Assembly: GCA_030704615.1 (NCBI GenBank)
Contig: CM060732.1
Span: 5,518,001-5,582,000 of the forward strand
Length of the DNA: 64,000 nt
Reading direction: 5' to 3'
Origin: Takakia lepidozioides
Taxonomy: Eukaryota; Plantae; Bryophyta
Below the pieces are notes generated by a model. The model worked only from the letters and a program-made list of their open reading frames with translations, ran no database searches and was not told the DNA's origin. Below are positions 61,403 through 64,000 of the stretch, piece by piece. The translations under genes were made by a program, and so were the position numbers. Position 1 is the first letter of the stretch. Every line of letters starts with the position of its first letter.

Positions 61403-63271
61403 TCAATCCTGCCAATGTGCTGACCCCTCATCCAAGGGATCAGGAGAAAGATCAAGGATGATCAATCGGGTGAGACGCGGCAGTGCTTCCAAAAGCAGGT
61501 CTTCCTCCTTCTCCATGGCACGTTGATGGAAACGTGTATCTCCATGCATCAGATTTTCATCTTTCATCGCAAGGTTGAGCTGAACACATTGTCCACAAGT
61601 ACAGGCTGATGAAGTTATCAAAATGAACTAGTAAAGACGTTTGGATATAAAAGACTATAGAAATCAAGTACTGACTGCACTAGACGTCCTACAATTGAAT
61701 TTAGAATGCTAGAGTTTATAGTTCAGCTCACCACATGTACAAAGAAAGCAGCCTGCTCCAAGGTCAGCTCAATTGATTTGTCAGGATCATAGTTTCCTCC
61801 AAAAACCACCTTTGCGATAGCTCCATGAAATGCCGGAGATCCGTAAGGATCTTCACCACCGTCCTCAAGCCTCCGCATGCGCCAATTCCCTGCAACCAGT
61901 CCATCCTCAAACATGGTGAAACAATGGATTGGATCTTAATGGGATGGATAGTTTTAAGCAAACAATTTTACTTGCACTCAAGCCTCCGCATGTGCCAATT
62001 GATCCCTGCAACCAGTCCATCCTCAAACATGGTGAAACAATGGATTGGATCTTAATCGGATGGACAGCTTTAAGCAACCAGTTCATCCTCAAACATGGTG
62101 AAACAGTGGATTGGAGATCTTAGTCAGATGGACAATTTTCAGCAAACAATTTTACTTGCATGTAAGTTCTTGAAACTGCAGTAAATTGTTCTCTAGAACT
62201 TCCACAGGTTGTGAAGAGGTAATACCTTCCCTCAAGACTCCCAATTTTCGTTTCCAGGCCTCTTTGTCGCTTGTAGATGCATTGACAGGAGGCTTTGGAA
62301 TGTGAAGAATGCGATATAGTTCTTCTTTCGCCAAGCGTGTGAAATGGCCTCGGGTCATGCGGATATGAGCCATAGCATGTCGTCTCAAACCAGCTTCCGT
62401 GGTGTTTTGTGGTCCCCACTCAAGGTTCATTAAATCGCGCACAGTGGTATCATCTTCGTGAACATGATAGGCAGTTAGGATCGCTTCTTTTACCTTTCCT
62501 TCATCCGGAAAAAATGTACTCACAGAGCTGTCTTTTCCTAGAAGGAGCTCTCTGGTAATCAGAGGCATCTTCACCTACAACAGAGAATAGGAAATTGACG
62601 GAAACCTCTCAGAAACCATTTGAATGAGGTCTGAAATTGAACAAACAAAACCTTGACGCAATCCAACTTGAGGTCTAGGTTACAACCTTTACGGAATCCC
62701 ACTTCACACAAGCTGGCTTTTCAGCCCCATTCTTCAAAGACAGGTGCAGACTCTCAGTCAAGCTTCCAATTTGCTTCTTGAAAGCTGCGTTATCATTTCG
62801 AAGCTTTTTGAGGAGAAGACGCTCCCGAGCTCTCAGACCTTCTGCTGCTGTGTGTTGGCCTTCTGCTGTGTGTTGGTGGATCCTCCTTTCTGATGAATTG
62901 GTGTGCTGTTGGCTCGTTCCTTCTGCAGCGTGAAGTCCCCGACTCCCTCCGTCTCCTCCTTCTCTTACTTCTCTTGCTGGGAGTTGTCGACTTTGGTCAC
63001 GGCTTGGGCTTCTACTGCTATCTTCAGCACGGGGAGGCTGCTGACGAACAGAAATGCCACCTGCACAACCAAGACCAGAAACTCCACCTGTATGTTCGGG
63101 GCGTGCATGATTTGTTCTAACACCTACATCATGGCCGACAGAGCTTGCAGGCACATTTATGTAAGGTGTGGCAATCACTCTGTTTCTTCTTGATCTGTAG
63201 AGTACCCGATCCCTTGTCATTTTTCTGCAATCTGCCCCTCTGCACTTGTCACACTTTGAAGAACATCCCAA
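61403..63271 (-). other. Probable multi-exon coding remnants of unknown function (possibly transposon-associated)
   Basis: Several protein-like minus-strand ORFs (62675-63271, 62152-62574, 61723-61914, 61403-61621) with plausible splice boundaries; no recognisable motif. Confidence 0.3.
61864..62160. repeat. Local tandem duplication (~113-bp unit, about 2.5 copies)
   Basis: CATCCTCAAACATGGTGAAACA(A/G)TGGATTGG occurs three times; CTCAAGCCTCCGCATG occurs twice. Confidence 0.85.
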
Positions 63272-64000
63272 GGCACCTACACTGAGGCATCTCTAAAATG
63301 CATGCGACTTATCTGTGTCTTCCATTTCTTCAGCTCGTAAGTCTCCTTCCATTTCGTCGTCTCCACTCTTCCCCGCCCCCGCCATTGCATCAACCCGCCC
63401 ATGGGATGGATGGATGGAGGAATGGATGAATGGGGGTATAAGGCTTCTTTATAGGGCTACTACCATCCAAGGAAATGAAGATTTTTTAATGTGGGGGTGA
63501 CAGACGTCTTTCCATCAGGTTTTTCAGCAGATGCGTGTCTTTAGCGACGGTCTTCCTCACCAGGTATTTGGCTGTCACCCAGACTTGGAGGTCTCTCGAA
63601 ATCTCTGCTCGCTGTGTAGAACTACGCACCTATCGCTCTCTCGCACCTCAAATCGGACACCGTCACACTCTCACTTCTTTGTGGAACCCTCGCATTCTTG
63701 TGGCACTATTGCTCTGCCTCTACTTGAAGCTTTTGCAAGGTGGGTATAGTGGGAGCCGGCTGCTGCTGGGAGCAGGTGAGCTGTGGGTTATGATGTATCG
63801 GGGAGAGTGGTGCGGGGACGGATTCTTGTAGAGTGGAGTGGCGTGGGCCAAGATTTTGCATTGCATCTCGAGCTCGATCCTGGAGCCCTCTCAATGCTTG
63901 GACCAGCACGATGGTCTCTTCGCCTTGGGGTATGTAAATGTCGTCTTCTCTCTACCCCTTGTCTATAGTGTCTGGTTGTGTAATCTCGTTGTGTGTCCTG

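Overview
Eukaryotic DNA, most likely from a non-seed land plant (inferred from an intron-containing plant-type CYP51 and plant-type retroelements). Positions 1-49090 are a nested stack of transposons; 50.6-64 kb holds an intact 6-exon CYP51 gene, LINE fragments and a broken ARM-repeat gene. The nest resolves as: (i) a truncated Ty3/Gypsy element (1-2410); (ii) a 648-bp non-autonomous Mutator-like element with a 9-bp TSD; (iii) a minus-strand Ty3/Gypsy element (3853-49090) whose pol carries a DNMT3-like C5 cytosine methyltransferase and a PHD finger, with split direct repeats (B...A-B-A) in place of two normal LTRs and a self-complementary, tRNA-independent primer site; (iv) a second Gypsy element (22967-46984, 5-bp TSD) inserted in a CACAGCC satellite of (iii); and (v) two diverged ~11-kb Mutator-like DNA transposons (~8384-19900 and 31501-42543, the latter with a 9-bp TSD). 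The best candidate for an undescribed system is (v). Each element pairs a GCM/WRKY-like-DDE-SWIM transposase with a divergently transcribed, spliced gene that joins a ParB/Srx-like domain to a beta-class N4/N6 DNA methyltransferase-like domain. Each also carries its own family of dispersed palindromes in non-coding DNA, suggesting a parS-like, self-recognising epigenetic module. All domain calls are by eye from motifs; no searches were run.
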